From IMG/VR virus record IMGVR_UViG_3300049491_000383, positions 64,001 through 128,000 of that record: DNA of 64,000 nt; one strand, written 5' to 3'. This DNA comes from a virus. Numbering within the stretch: position 1 is the stretch's first letter; each line of letters opens with the position of its first letter. Below the pieces are notes generated by a model. The model ran no database searches, was not told the origin of the DNA, and saw nothing but the letters and a program-made list of their open reading frames with translations. Positions 49,717 to 59,808 of the stretch are shown one piece after another. The translations under genes were made by a program, and so were the position numbers.

Positions 49717-50623
49717 TCAACATTTTAATTACAGTCTTTAATGAAATCCCGTCTAGGCTAGGTTCAAACCTCTTTGTTTGATCTAGCGAAATTCCCTTAT
49801 ATGCTTCATAATTGAATCCCAGAAGCCTTTCAAACCCGTGTGTCTTTTTCTTTACTCTTAGGCCAGGGTACAATCTACGAAGAACATTATTCTTTGTTGA
49901 GACTGAGCTTAGTTTATAATTGTACCTCTCGCTGAACAAATTTTGCATTGTTTCGTCTTCAAGGTAATACATAAGCAATTCAGGAGTATAGGAAAACCAC
50001 TCATTTACTAAAGGTATATTATACTTTTCTGAAAATCTCATTGCTGATGCGTCTTCATTTTCTCTAAATGTGTAGTACCAGTCAGTACCGAGTTTACTAA
50101 CACCACGAGTAAATAGGGCTTCGCCGCCCATTACAGATGGCATACCTAATTTTAGAATGTGGTAATAAACAAGCAGGTATGTTACCTGTGTGCATTGTAT
50201 AGTTTTTCCAAACTCGGCGGCGGCGCCCGAATAATAAAAATCCTTAACATCGAAATCTAAGATTTCGAGATCAATACTAAGGTCTTTAGCAATTTCAATC
50301 GCTTCAAGAATATCGGGCGCATTGTAATCATCCTTAAATCTAACCGCTGCACATTTTGGCTTAATTCCAATATCAAGAAAATTTCTTAGTACAATCTCAC
50401 TGTCAGTACCACCGGACAGGAAGATAACTAAGTCTTTCCCAAATTCATTATAGACAGAATCAGCGGTACGCCTTAATTCAGAACAATAATTACTTCGTTG
50501 ATAATGATCAAAATCAATGGTGCCAAGCTGAACTGAAAACTTCTCAGATGCGTTCTCTCTATATCCGAACTCTCTTCCGCCAATAGAATAGCGTAAGTGA
50601 TTATTCAGAGTATAATTGGTCAT
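49697..50623 (-). CDS. asparagine-synthase-like adenylating (PP-loop) protein
   Basis: IFLSGGTDSE PP-loop, VMGGE, K.HGFE. Confidence 0.65.
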   Translation of the reverse strand: MTNYTLNNHLRYSIGGREFGYRENASEKFSVQLGTIDFDHYQRSNYCSELRRTADSVYNEFGKDLVIFLSGGTDSEIVLRNFLDIGIKPKCAAVRFKDDYNAPDILEAIEIAKDLSIDLEILDFDVKDFYYSGAAAEFGKTIQCTQVTYLLVYYHILKLGMPSVMGGEALFTRGVSKLGTDWYYTFRENEDASAMRFSEKYNIPLVNEWFSYTPELLMYYLEDETMQNLFSERYNYKLSSVSTKNNVLRRLYPGLRVKKKTHGFERLLGFNYEAYKGISLDQTKRFEPSLDGISLKTVIKMLNGEYES

Positions 50624-50844
50624 TTCATTAACTGTAATAGATCACCAACTGTAAGTATTGGTGTGTCTGGATCGTCAATTGTCACATTCATTTCGTCTTC
50701 GTAGGCCATCTGCAATTCAACAATATCAAGTGAGTCCAAATTTAGGTCACTTAGAAGTGTATCTTCAGTGAAGTTGGGAACATCACCTCCCTGCATTTCA
50801 GCAATGGTCTTTTGTAGAAAACTTTTCTTTGAATCAAGGTTCAT
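50620..50844 (-). CDS. acyl carrier protein
   Basis: LNLDSLDIVEL.M..EDE...I......TVGDL; acidic, 74 aa. Confidence 0.92.
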   Translation of the reverse strand: MNLDSKKSFLQKTIAEMQGGDVPNFTEDTLLSDLNLDSLDIVELQMAYEDEMNVTIDDPDTPILTVGDLLQLMK

Positions 50845-50845
50845 T

Positions 50846-51373
50846 TTATTTCCTTAGCTGAACTACATATTGTTCAGTGTTGTAAACGGATTTTATACCG
50901 ATGGGTTGAAATTGTCTGTAGATATCCGGCCAGTTGTTGAACAGTGCAGGTCTCTTTCCTTTTTCTGCCAAACAAAACCAGTCGTATATTGTCTTGTTAT
51001 ATTTATTGCAGGTTATCCACACTTTGTCAAAGTCTGAACAGGCTTCGAGCATTTTGGGTAAACACGTTTCTGCAAAAATGTATTTTGCACGATGTGATTT
51101 TGAAATGAATGCTCTTGTTAAGACTAGAGCTGTAGAGTCATCATATTGATTCCATCCTGCACTTGCAAGATACTCTCCGTTCTCTTCCATAACGTAATAC
51201 ATTCCATTCTTGTATCTTCCATCTTTAAGTACATAAAATAGATTTGAATTTACTTCCGAGAATGTAGGGGAGTAATTTTCTATAATTCTCTCATCATCAA
51301 TATTACTAAGTCCTTGCTTAAGGATATTGATCACATGCTCATTCGAAAGATCTTGAATTTCGTGTATGTTCAT
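50846..51373 (-). CDS. GNAT-like acyltransferase
   Basis: YYVMEENGEYLASAG...LTRAFISKSHRA. Confidence 0.55.
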   Translation of the reverse strand: MNIHEIQDLSNEHVINILKQGLSNIDDERIIENYSPTFSEVNSNLFYVLKDGRYKNGMYYVMEENGEYLASAGWNQYDDSTALVLTRAFISKSHRAKYIFAETCLPKMLEACSDFDKVWITCNKYNKTIYDWFCLAEKGKRPALFNNWPDIYRQFQPIGIKSVYNTEQYVVQLRK

Positions 51374-51403
51374 AGCCCATATTTATACCCGGTAAATAAC
51401 GAC

Positions 51404-52297
51404 ATGACTAACATTGAAACAAAGTTTGCACATAGGGCTAGAAAAATACTCAACTTCAAAAAGGCCTATCTTCAACTTCCAAACACACCCATAATGATGT
51501 TGGGAAAAATTGATGTTGCCAAGTTAACAGAATTTTTACAAAAGTTGCCTATGATGAAAGCATTCCCGAGTAGGTCAACAGGATTCGCAAACATGTCCGA
51601 GTATCTAACAAAGAATGATTTAGATCCGGATTCACTCTATACAAGCGATGTTGCTCGCCAGTTGGACAATCTAATAGATCCAATCTCCGACGAAGTCCGC
51701 AGATGCATCTCCCGTACACTTGATCACACCGTAATGATTGTTAGGGGAGTAATTGATACTATTGACGAGAACTCCTGCATTATTCCGCACAGTGACGGAT
51801 TTGTTTTTCACAAACTATCATTTCGCGTGCATATCCCGTTGTTTGTTACAGAAAAATCTATAGGTGTAAATTTTAATCCGTGGACCTGTAAACCCTATAG
51901 TTGGAAGATGGAAACTGTGGGCGGCATCTATCTTTTCAATAATTTTGAGCCACATACTGTTTCTGTACTTGACACCGGCACTAGGGCACACCTAATATTT
52001 GATGTATCAGTTGGTGATTTAATTAGTGATTGTGATTCCGAAGGCGGGTATATTGAGGCAAAAAGAGTATTAGCAAGCAGGGGAGATTTGACTACAGATT
52101 CCTATAGCCCCAACACAATTACTCATACAGTTTCTAACTTTACAATTAGAAACAAATTGAGTTCTATCTATGCAGGATTAGAGCCAAAGAAAAGCCTGCT
52201 TGAGCAGGCTTCAATTGAATCGGTTGCAGAATCTCGTCTGTGGATTAAGCAACTTTTAAATTTTGAATTAGATAACGGAAACGTCAGGCATATCTGA
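51404..52297 (+). CDS. 2OG-Fe(II) oxygenase, AspH-like
   Basis: IIPHSD, RVHIPL, FNNFEPHTV...RAHLIFD. Confidence 0.8.
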   Translation: MTNIETKFAHRARKILNFKKAYLQLPNTPIMMLGKIDVAKLTEFLQKLPMMKAFPSRSTGFANMSEYLTKNDLDPDSLYTSDVARQLDNLIDPISDEVRRCISRTLDHTVMIVRGVIDTIDENSCIIPHSDGFVFHKLSFRVHIPLFVTEKSIGVNFNPWTCKPYSWKMETVGGIYLFNNFEPHTVSVLDTGTRAHLIFDVSVGDLISDCDSEGGYIEAKRVLASRGDLTTDSYSPNTITHTVSNFTIRNKLSSIYAGLEPKKSLLEQASIESVAESRLWIKQLLNFELDNGNVRHI

Positions 52298-52858
52298 TTT
52301 AAAGGCTTTCTTTAAGGCCACATCATAGGGCTTTACTTTACCTGCAATCCATTGGTCGAGACCGTTAGTTGGAATTTCTCCTGCCTTAACAATCGCGTAG
52401 GTATGAATAGTATATTGCTTCCAAATCCTGGAAGTTTTCTTTGTCTTCTCCTGGGTCTGCGCCCATTCTAGCGGAAGCGACCATCTAATAATTGTTCTTC
52501 CCTTTTCTTCGGCAAGTTTGATTGCTGCTTCCCATGCTTCGTCAAGCCCATTCTTTGAATAGTTCCATGGATATCTTGATTTCGGGTTTACGGTCAGATA
52601 AGACATCAGCCAATCGCGCTCGCATGGTGTTGCAAATGTCTGCACCAAAACTGCGGAAAGTAGATTGCCATCAAAAGAACCCCAGACAAAGTTCTTACCG
52701 TCTGGAGTTGTGACTAATAACGAAAGCTTAACAAAGGTTTCTCTAGCGTCTTCTAGCGAGATAGGATGAACTCCCATACGTTTGCGGGAGAGTACAATTT
52801 CCTCAAGCTGCGGTAGTGAATCAACTTCAAGCAATCTTACTTGAAATTGATTTACCAT
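52268..52858 (-). CDS. hypothetical protein, possibly GNAT-like
   Basis: VWGSFDGNLLSA...W.MSYLTVNP. Confidence 0.4.
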   Translation of the reverse strand: MVNQFQVRLLEVDSLPQLEEIVLSRKRMGVHPISLEDARETFVKLSLLVTTPDGKNFVWGSFDGNLLSAVLVQTFATPCERDWLMSYLTVNPKSRYPWNYSKNGLDEAWEAAIKLAEEKGRTIIRWSLPLEWAQTQEKTKKTSRIWKQYTIHTYAIVKAGEIPTNGLDQWIAGKVKPYDVALKKAFKSDMPDVSVI

Positions 52859-53157
52859 TATACCTGTTGTCTAGTAATGCTGATGCTATTAGCCGAGCAG
52901 TATGCATCTCTATCAGCGAAGAATGTCGGAAGAGCTGCGTCTAGATCAGCCAAGAAGCCGTCGAGTTCCGTTTGATTTCCGTATTCTGCAACAGATGTGC
53001 AAGTAAGCATATCTCCGGAATATTCGTAAGAATATACAGGTGAATGCGAACTGTCAATCATAACTTGCTGAAATGCTGCTGCAACTGTTGGTGCCGAATC
53101 AAGATAAAACTTTACTTCGACTGCTGGACGAACATAAGTTGTGGTTACTGTGATCAT
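52858..53157 (-). CDS. small hypothetical protein in the enzyme cluster
   Basis: 99 aa, AAGGA SD. Confidence 0.6.
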   Translation of the reverse strand: MITVTTTYVRPAVEVKFYLDSAPTVAAAFQQVMIDSSHSPVYSYEYSGDMLTCTSVAEYGNQTELDGFLADLDAALPTFFADRDAYCSANSISITRQQV

Positions 53158-53166
53158 TTTATTTCC

Positions 53167-53976
53167 TTAAATCAATTTTGCTGTTTTTACATTGGTAGCA
53201 AGACCAATTTTCTCTAACAGAGTGATAACAATAAAGCTAATGTCTACCTCTTTAGTAGATAATCCGAAACGTGCGCTGCCGGGATACTTGTGATGGTTAT
53301 TGTGCCATCCTTCTCCAAAAATAGCTAATCCAAGAATTGGATTATTTTGACTCTTATCTGGCACTTCTTCAAAGTTTCTGTAACTCACAGAACTCTTTGA
53401 ATGGCCAAACCAATTCAAGATATTACTTGCCAAAATTGACATGACTACTGGGATTACGAATACGTAGAAAAACATTGTATAGCTAATGAGTGCAAGTACC
53501 AATCCAATTGATCCAAGAATCCCAAAATAGTATCTGTGCCAGAATCTAAAATATGGATCCCTGGCAATATCCTTAATACCTTGTGCGCTAACTCTCGGGT
53601 ATGCACCAAACAATGTTTTCCACACACTTGTTGGTGGATGTGGATCTAAATTCTTATCAGAATATCTGTGATGCTGACGGTGAGTCATAACCCACATAAT
53701 TGGGCTGCCGGTACCAGCCATACACGCAAAGGTAGCAAATACTTTTTGGACTACCGGATGAAGCTTAACTGCCTTGTGAGTTAGTGTTCTGTGGTACGTA
53801 ATACTTACGCCTAAACAGATAAAACAGAAATACAATACTAAAGAAGCGGCTATACCAATCCAACTAAATGCTACAGTAAACGGAGATAGCAAAACTAAGA
53901 TGAAAAGAAAAATATTGAAGGTAAGGAGAGTAGCAGGGTTGTTACCCTTAATGATTCCCTTAATTGTGTTGATCAT
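53167..53976 (-). CDS. membrane acyl desaturase (delta9-type), second copy
   Basis: HRTLTH, HRQHH, GEGWHNNHH. Confidence 0.93.
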   Translation of the reverse strand: MINTIKGIIKGNNPATLLTFNIFLFILVLLSPFTVAFSWIGIAASLVLYFCFICLGVSITYHRTLTHKAVKLHPVVQKVFATFACMAGTGSPIMWVMTHRQHHRYSDKNLDPHPPTSVWKTLFGAYPRVSAQGIKDIARDPYFRFWHRYYFGILGSIGLVLALISYTMFFYVFVIPVVMSILASNILNWFGHSKSSVSYRNFEEVPDKSQNNPILGLAIFGEGWHNNHHKYPGSARFGLSTKEVDISFIVITLLEKIGLATNVKTAKLI

Positions 53977-54794
53977 TCAGTTCTCCTTGTAGCATAATGC
54001 TCTTCAAGTCCTGTTTTTTGTAAAAATTCTGGTGAAAATTTGCCATCAACTCTAATAGAGAAAGTTGATGTATCTACAATATCCGAACCGTGCCATGTGC
54101 CGTTATCAAACGTATTTATCACTCCGTTGGTATATTGTTTTTCAAAGTTCTCATCTAATACAAACATTTTCTTAATTTTCTTGGGTATGATTAATAAGAA
54201 CTGGTCTTTTCTACTTTGTAAATCAGCGTAATCACAATGAACTTCGGTACACGTTCTACGCTCAGTAATAAAAAGCATCACTCTGCCAATCTCACTAAAG
54301 GCTCCGCTATCTTCAATCCATTTACGGAGTTCCGGAAATAGCTCATACGCCTCTGTATCGTGATTCATTGCTGCGATATGTTTTGCAGCAAACATTCCAA
54401 CATAATTTTTGTAGGTTCTAAGTAAGAGCTTCTTGCCAAGCCCAATTGTGGGATATGCAAACTTTGTATATTCATAAATTTCTCTATCGTTCAACCCTTC
54501 ATTCTTTAGCTGATCAATCATACCAGACTCTTTCATTGCTCCCTGCTGATATACTGTGACCTCTGGTACTGTTTGATTATAGAGAGCATATTTAGATCCA
54601 ATAATAACTGGTTCCCAATACTTTTCTGCCTTCACCACTGATTTAATCAAATCGTGATGAATATTCTCAAGTCCTGCGACATCAAGATATTCATCAAAAT
54701 TTACTGTCCACTGCCCCTTAATCTTAAACGGCAGGGCTCGGCGATTAGCCAAGACTTGCTTGGTAGATAAGTCTGAGTGCATCTTCGTCCCCAT
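53973..54794 (-). CDS. 2OG-Fe(II) oxygenase-like protein
   Basis: IGRVMLF, VHCD, FDNGTWHG, SIRVDG. Confidence 0.6.
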   Translation of the reverse strand: MGTKMHSDLSTKQVLANRRALPFKIKGQWTVNFDEYLDVAGLENIHHDLIKSVVKAEKYWEPVIIGSKYALYNQTVPEVTVYQQGAMKESGMIDQLKNEGLNDREIYEYTKFAYPTIGLGKKLLLRTYKNYVGMFAAKHIAAMNHDTEAYELFPELRKWIEDSGAFSEIGRVMLFITERRTCTEVHCDYADLQSRKDQFLLIIPKKIKKMFVLDENFEKQYTNGVINTFDNGTWHGSDIVDTSTFSIRVDGKFSPEFLQKTGLEEHYATRRTE

Positions 54795-55455
54795 ATTTTT
54801 CAGTGATTTTATTTACATGGTACTTGTATTGATCCATAATTCTTGTCGGTGTATGATTCGTATCTTTTTTCCATAGTTCTGCATGTTTTTCTACATGCTC
54901 GTTTGCCATAATATCAAGTATGATATGTAGTCTATCATCTGTTCCATAATTAAATGCAGCGTGCGGAACAATATTATCTAAGTCAAAAAGATATCCCTGA
55001 CGCATGTGATAATAGACAATTTCATAATCCTTGTCTGGAATAAAGTGAAAATTTCTACATCTGTTATTTGTCTTAAGGACGCAATGTACTCTATGTGAAA
55101 GTTCATGATACAGGCGAGGATCTAAGTGTGGCAAGACCTGTGCGTTGACTGGTGAGAGTAAAACCTGCGATCTAAAAATTGTGTGATTGTTGAAATGTGT
55201 ATTAATCAACCAATCATACAAAGGGGAAAGTTGATACTTAAGTCTATCAACTGGTGGTATTAGACTTCCAAAATAATTTGCTGGCGTAAAGAAATCTGTT
55301 GTGGCATCATACCTAAACACCGCATTAAAGAATGCGTGTTCTTGTGTTTTGGAACTTTCGTCGTGCAAATCAAGTGTATCTGCAACACCAATACAATACT
55401 GAATAAGATCTTCGGGAATCTTCCCCATTTCTATTGTCAGTTCAGGTAATCTCAT
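54745..55455 (-). CDS. 2OG-Fe(II) oxygenase, AspH-like
   Basis: VLPHLD, RVHCVLKTN, LDNIVPHAAFNYG..RLHIILD. Confidence 0.82.
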   Translation of the reverse strand: MRLPELTIEMGKIPEDLIQYCIGVADTLDLHDESSKTQEHAFFNAVFRYDATTDFFTPANYFGSLIPPVDRLKYQLSPLYDWLINTHFNNHTIFRSQVLLSPVNAQVLPHLDPRLYHELSHRVHCVLKTNNRCRNFHFIPDKDYEIVYYHMRQGYLFDLDNIVPHAAFNYGTDDRLHIILDIMANEHVEKHAELWKKDTNHTPTRIMDQYKYHVNKITEKYGDEDALRLIYQASLG

Positions 55456-55532
55456 GTTTCGCCATAATAGTATCTTATATTTATCAAGCCAAAAACTTTG
55501 GTCCGATAAATACACAACCAGGAGGACAAGGC

Positions 55533-56843
55533 ATGTTTTGTAACACAGTTTGGAATGGTTTATACATTCTTCCCTACGGAGATATTAGACTCTGCTCAAT
55601 CGGAAATAACCAAGATCCGACATTAGAAATGAATGCTGCAAGGGACAGAGATGGTAATATCATGAACATTCTGACTCATGATATTAAAGAGATTATGAAC
55701 TCGGATAAACATCGAGAAGTTCGTAGAGTCAACATGGCTGATCCAACTGCCTGGAGTCCACATTGCTCATGTTGTGAAAATAGAGAGATTGTTACAAACT
55801 TCAATCGTGAACATAAAAATAAGAGTAGACGCATCTATCTTATGCAGGTAGACACAAATGGCGTTGCCTCTGAAAATGATTTTCAAAACAAGGCCACAGA
55901 AGATGGTTCTGTAGATTGGTATCCACGAAGCCTGGACATTCGCTTTGGTAATTTATGTAATCAGAAATGTGTTATGTGCAGTCCAGAATTTAGTCACTTG
56001 TGGTATGATGATCAGAATGCATGGAATGAAAAGAAAGGCGTTAAGAAAATAGAATTTCATAATGGCCAACCGATGACATTATTGAAGAATAAACATGATA
56101 AATGGATTCAGCCTACAGAAATGCAATGGTATGATGATCCGCGTTGGTGGCCAAAATTTGAAGAAATGATGCCACACCTACGTCACATCTATATCACCGG
56201 TGGTGAACCAATGATTACACCGGGCCACGACACTATGCTTGATAAGCTTATTGAATCTGGTAATGCCAAGAATATTTTGTTAGAATACGATACAAATTGC
56301 AGTGTGGTAAATGACAAGATTGCTGGCCGTTGGGTCCACTTTAAGAAAGTTGACCTGCGTGGTAGTATGGATGCTATTGGTGCAGAGTATGAACTCATCC
56401 GTTCGGGCGGTAAGTGGGACCGCTTTGTTACAAATGTCAAGAAACTTAAAGAATACGAAAAAGATTCAAATAAGAAAATTACACTGAGTGCGCTTACCTC
56501 TTGTGTTCAAACTAGCACAGCCTACAGCATTGTTGAGTCCGAAGAATGGTGTAAGTCTATCGGCATTGGTTATCATATTCGTTTCCTTGAAGGACCTCCA
56601 CGTCATAGTGCAACAAATCTTCCAAGAGAGGCAAAGCTTGAACTCATCGAATACTATAGAAGTAAGGACACTGACAAATCAAAATTGGTTGTTGCGTTTC
56701 TAAAGAAACAACTAGAATTGGGCGACACAAAACATATGAAGAGCTATATTGAATTTATGGACTTCCTCGATGTTCGAAGGAAGACAAATTGGAGAGAAAC
56801 TCTTCCTAAGATTAGTGACTTGTTAGAAAGAACAATGAAATGA
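55533..56843 (+). CDS. radical SAM protein with twitch/SPASM domain
   Basis: CNQKCVMC, ITGGEP, N-terminal C..W..L..G..RLC; GGAGG SD and late box. Confidence 0.9.
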   Translation: MFCNTVWNGLYILPYGDIRLCSIGNNQDPTLEMNAARDRDGNIMNILTHDIKEIMNSDKHREVRRVNMADPTAWSPHCSCCENREIVTNFNREHKNKSRRIYLMQVDTNGVASENDFQNKATEDGSVDWYPRSLDIRFGNLCNQKCVMCSPEFSHLWYDDQNAWNEKKGVKKIEFHNGQPMTLLKNKHDKWIQPTEMQWYDDPRWWPKFEEMMPHLRHIYITGGEPMITPGHDTMLDKLIESGNAKNILLEYDTNCSVVNDKIAGRWVHFKKVDLRGSMDAIGAEYELIRSGGKWDRFVTNVKKLKEYEKDSNKKITLSALTSCVQTSTAYSIVESEEWCKSIGIGYHIRFLEGPPRHSATNLPREAKLELIEYYRSKDTDKSKLVVAFLKKQLELGDTKHMKSYIEFMDFLDVRRKTNWRETLPKISDLLERTMK

Positions 56844-57352
56844 CAAATCTGATTAGGCGTGTGGAAAAAGAGGATGCTGCAAAGATGCTCTCCGAAATTT
56901 CTACTATAGAAGATCTATTTGGTAATCATTATCGTGGAAACACCGCATACAAAGGCAGTGCTCTCGATGATGGGAAGTCCGTATGGATACACGAAGGAAA
57001 GCTCGATGATATTTTCCTTCTTGATGATAAGCTTCCCTTTGTATCTTCATACATTCGTGACACTCTAAATCTATTAGATTCAAAGAAGGTGGGTCGTGCC
57101 TATGTCTACAATTTGGGTCCAGGACTCGAAATATTTGAACACGTAGATAGGCAACAATACTATCACATTACAAAAAGATACCATATCTACTTTGATGTCA
57201 CAGATATTGAAATTAGACATAGTGGTCCTCCTGTTGAGTCGAATACCGTTATCTTTTTCAATCCTCTAGAACCACACGCATACAAGAACAATTCAGACAA
57301 ACCGCTAATCTTTATAGTATTCGATACTTACAATGAAACAAGAAATATTTAA
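56840..57352 (+). CDS. 2OG-Fe(II) oxygenase, AspH-like
   Basis: EHVD, RYHI, FNPLEPHAYKN..IVFD. Confidence 0.75.
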   Translation: MTNLIRRVEKEDAAKMLSEISTIEDLFGNHYRGNTAYKGSALDDGKSVWIHEGKLDDIFLLDDKLPFVSSYIRDTLNLLDSKKVGRAYVYNLGPGLEIFEHVDRQQYYHITKRYHIYFDVTDIEIRHSGPPVESNTVIFFNPLEPHAYKNNSDKPLIFIVFDTYNETRNI

Positions 57353-58229
57353 GGTACAAGAGCTGTATCCAAAAGAGGGAATGCTTGTCATTTGGTCATT
57401 GGGCAATTTCTGCCCATACAAGTGTACCTATTGCAGTCCGCACTATAATGATGGACGAGATCCATATCACTCTTTAGAAAATATTAATTCTACATTGGCT
57501 CTGATTCCAAAGCAGTCTAGGATTATATTTTCGGGTGGTGAGCCAACCTATCATCCTAACTTTGAAGAAATATTAGATAACAAACCCGACCATTTTACAT
57601 ATGGTGTAATCAGTAATGGCGCAAGACCGTATGCGTTTTGGGAAAGGGTATTATCAAAACTATCACCAATCATTCTTACATTCCATTCCGAATTTGCAAC
57701 ACTAGATCGATTTCTAGAAACTGCAATGCTTTGCAAGCCCAGACTTCAGAGAATTAATCTAACAATGATTCCATGGATGTGGGAAGAGAGTGTGAATGCA
57801 TATGAGACATTTACAAAATTCGGATTACCTGTATCTCCAAAACCACTTGTGAAAGATTTTGGATTTAAATCAAGTTCTCTAATTGATCAATACCTACCCG
57901 AACAGGTAGAGTGGATTAAGAGCAAGAACAACGACGGTGAATTAAAGTACATCGGGCTGTATAATTCAAAAGGCGATCTTCTAAAGAAGACTAATCCATC
58001 TGAGATGTTATCCTCTGGAGAGACAAACTTCCTCGGGTGGCAATGCCATACCCCATCAAAAACTTTGTACATAAACACCGACGGGAAAATCTATGACACC
58101 TCGTGCAAGCAGAGACGCCTTTTAGGCACAGTATCCACCGGTTTTACGCTACAAACAGACCCTGTCACCTGCCAGCAAGACTTCTGCTGGTGTCACCCAG
58201 ACATAGCTCCACTAAAAATCAAGCCATAA
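57333..58229 (+). CDS. radical SAM protein with C-terminal Cys cluster
   Basis: CPYKCTYC, FSGGEPT, GWQC...SC...C...CWC. Confidence 0.9.
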   Translation: MKQEIFKVQELYPKEGMLVIWSLGNFCPYKCTYCSPHYNDGRDPYHSLENINSTLALIPKQSRIIFSGGEPTYHPNFEEILDNKPDHFTYGVISNGARPYAFWERVLSKLSPIILTFHSEFATLDRFLETAMLCKPRLQRINLTMIPWMWEESVNAYETFTKFGLPVSPKPLVKDFGFKSSSLIDQYLPEQVEWIKSKNNDGELKYIGLYNSKGDLLKKTNPSEMLSSGETNFLGWQCHTPSKTLYINTDGKIYDTSCKQRRLLGTVSTGFTLQTDPVTCQQDFCWCHPDIAPLKIKP

Positions 58230-58260
58230 AAAAAGCTCGTTACCTTTCGATAACGAGCTA
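58229..58260. terminator. terminator hairpin between convergent units
   Basis: AAAAAA-AGCTCGTTA...TAACGAGCT. Confidence 0.65.
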
Positions 58261-58263
58261 GAA

Positions 58264-58339
58264 TGGCACCCCGCTAGGGATTCGAACCCCAACCGCGCAG
58301 CTTTGGAGGCCGGCATGCTGCCAATAACACTTGCGAGAT
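58264..58339 (-). tRNA. tRNA-Trp(CCA)
   Basis: Loop CUCCAAA, G73-CCA. Confidence 0.88.
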
Positions 58340-58344
58340 ATATG

Positions 58345-58419
58345 TGGAGCCGCCAAGAGGAATCGAACCCCTATTTGAACGTTCGTAGCGTTCTGTCCTA
58401 TCCGTTGAACGATGGCGAC
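58345..58419 (-). tRNA. tRNA-Arg(ACG)
   Basis: Loop CUACGAA, CCA. Confidence 0.9.
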
Positions 58420-58437
58420 ATGTAATTATTTATGATT

Positions 58438-58512
58438 TGGCAGGGGAGGAAGGGATCGAACCTTCTAACCTGGTTTCAAAGACCAGTATGCATACCATTG
58501 CATATCACCCCA
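58438..58512 (-). tRNA. tRNA-Gln(UUG)
   Basis: Loop CUUUGAA, CCA. Confidence 0.85.
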
Positions 58513-58522
58513 ACTGTATAGA

Positions 58523-58581
58523 CAGAATACGTTTTATTTTCAATTAAAAGTTGATTTTTTGAAATTGCTGAATGTATTCTT
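58523..58581 (-). ncRNA. stem + NUWCMGCAA element, copy E (Lys-UUU anticodon-loop hairpin)
   Basis: AGAAUAC-AUUCAGCAA...UCAA-CUUUUAA-UUGA...GUAUUCU-G. Confidence 0.75.
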
Positions 58582-58910
58582 TAGAAAACTTTACTTTACG
58601 AAGTTGGGTTGACCTTCTCGGGCTTTCCACTTCAAATGGATCCATCCTTTTGGTACATAATGACTAATTCCAGTCTCGTCAAACAGACGATGACCTCCTG
58701 CACTAACCGATAACTTCGATGGCTTTGAAATTGTTACAACTTCTCCGCCAGGAAATGTGTATGAGCGGTAATCTTCGCTCGAAATATCTGAAAAGATATT
58801 GCTTGATTCATTAACAAATGGTGTCATAAGACCTCCTAATTGATTAAAACACTTACTTGCCTTGGAAATCAAGGACGAAGTGTATTGAATCATATTTATC
58901 TGATTTCTAT

Positions 58911-58987
58911 TGGTACCCCTAGTTGGATTCGAACCTACAACCAACAGATTTTAAGTCTGTCCGCACTACCGATTAGCGTATAGGGGC
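58911..58987 (-). tRNA. tRNA-Leu(UAA), short variable region
   Basis: Loop CUUAAAA, 77 nt, CCA. Confidence 0.85.
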
Positions 58988-59172
58988 ATAAAAGATCAGT
59001 ATGAGTTCGAATTTTGCTGTGAACCTGCAGCCGGTTATTCCACAGTTGAGGGCTATGCCTTGCCACAGATGCACCCCGGCTCGACAATATTCGACCAACC
59101 TTCCAGGAGCTTGCTCACAATGTCCTGGATAAAGCCCGGTGTGACTGTGTCTCCCCATACTGAAGGGCAAAA

Positions 59173-59264
59173 TGGAGGCCAGGGTTGGATTCGAACCAAC
59201 GATGTATACCTGGGTAGTTTCCCGCTTTGCAGACGGGTGCGTTCGGCCGCTTTGCTACCTGGCC
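59173..59264 (-). tRNA. tRNA-Cys(GCA) with long variable arm
   Basis: Loop CUGCAAA, U73-CCA, ~20-nt variable region. Confidence 0.82.
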
Positions 59265-59414
59265 ATATTCTGACTGCTAATGTATTAGACCGTTGCAGTA
59301 CATATGCAACAGTATACCACCTGCATTGCAAGTGAGCAAGATCAATCTAATAACGTAGTAACTTCGTTTATAATCCGACGTATACCACCGCTGTAGCACA
59401 TACAGGTCGGCTTC

Positions 59415-59792
59415 TTAGGTTGCGTCTGCGCCCAATTCTTCCTGAAGCTTCTTGAACATTTTGATCTTGGATGCCTTATCCTTTAGTTCCTTCTTGAACT
59501 TACGCTCAAGTGCAGCTTCTTCTCTCTTCTTTTTTTCCTCTTCGGCCTTCTTGGCTTCAGCGTTAGCAATTGCTAAGTAATCCTTGAGGGTTCTTGCAAC
59601 GAATGCCTTTGTATCTAACGGCTGTTCAAGAATTTGAAATCCCATTCTTGGTGCTGCGAATTGCAGAGCCTTAAACTCTTCATCAGTAACTGATTCCCAT
59701 TCAGTAATGCTAGTTACAATCTTGTTGTAATCTTCACCATCATATCCAGAATAGAATTCACGTGATGTGATAATTGCAATCTTGTGTGTCAT
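59415..59792 (-). CDS. hypothetical protein
   Basis: MTHKIAIITS..., AAGGA SD; upstream in-frame extension overlaps RNA genes. Confidence 0.6.
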   Translation of the reverse strand: MTHKIAIITSREFYSGYDGEDYNKIVTSITEWESVTDEEFKALQFAAPRMGFQILEQPLDTKAFVARTLKDYLAIANAEAKKAEEEKKKREEAALERKFKKELKDKASKIKMFKKLQEELGADAT

Positions 59793-59808
59793 AGTTTTCC
59801 TTATATAG

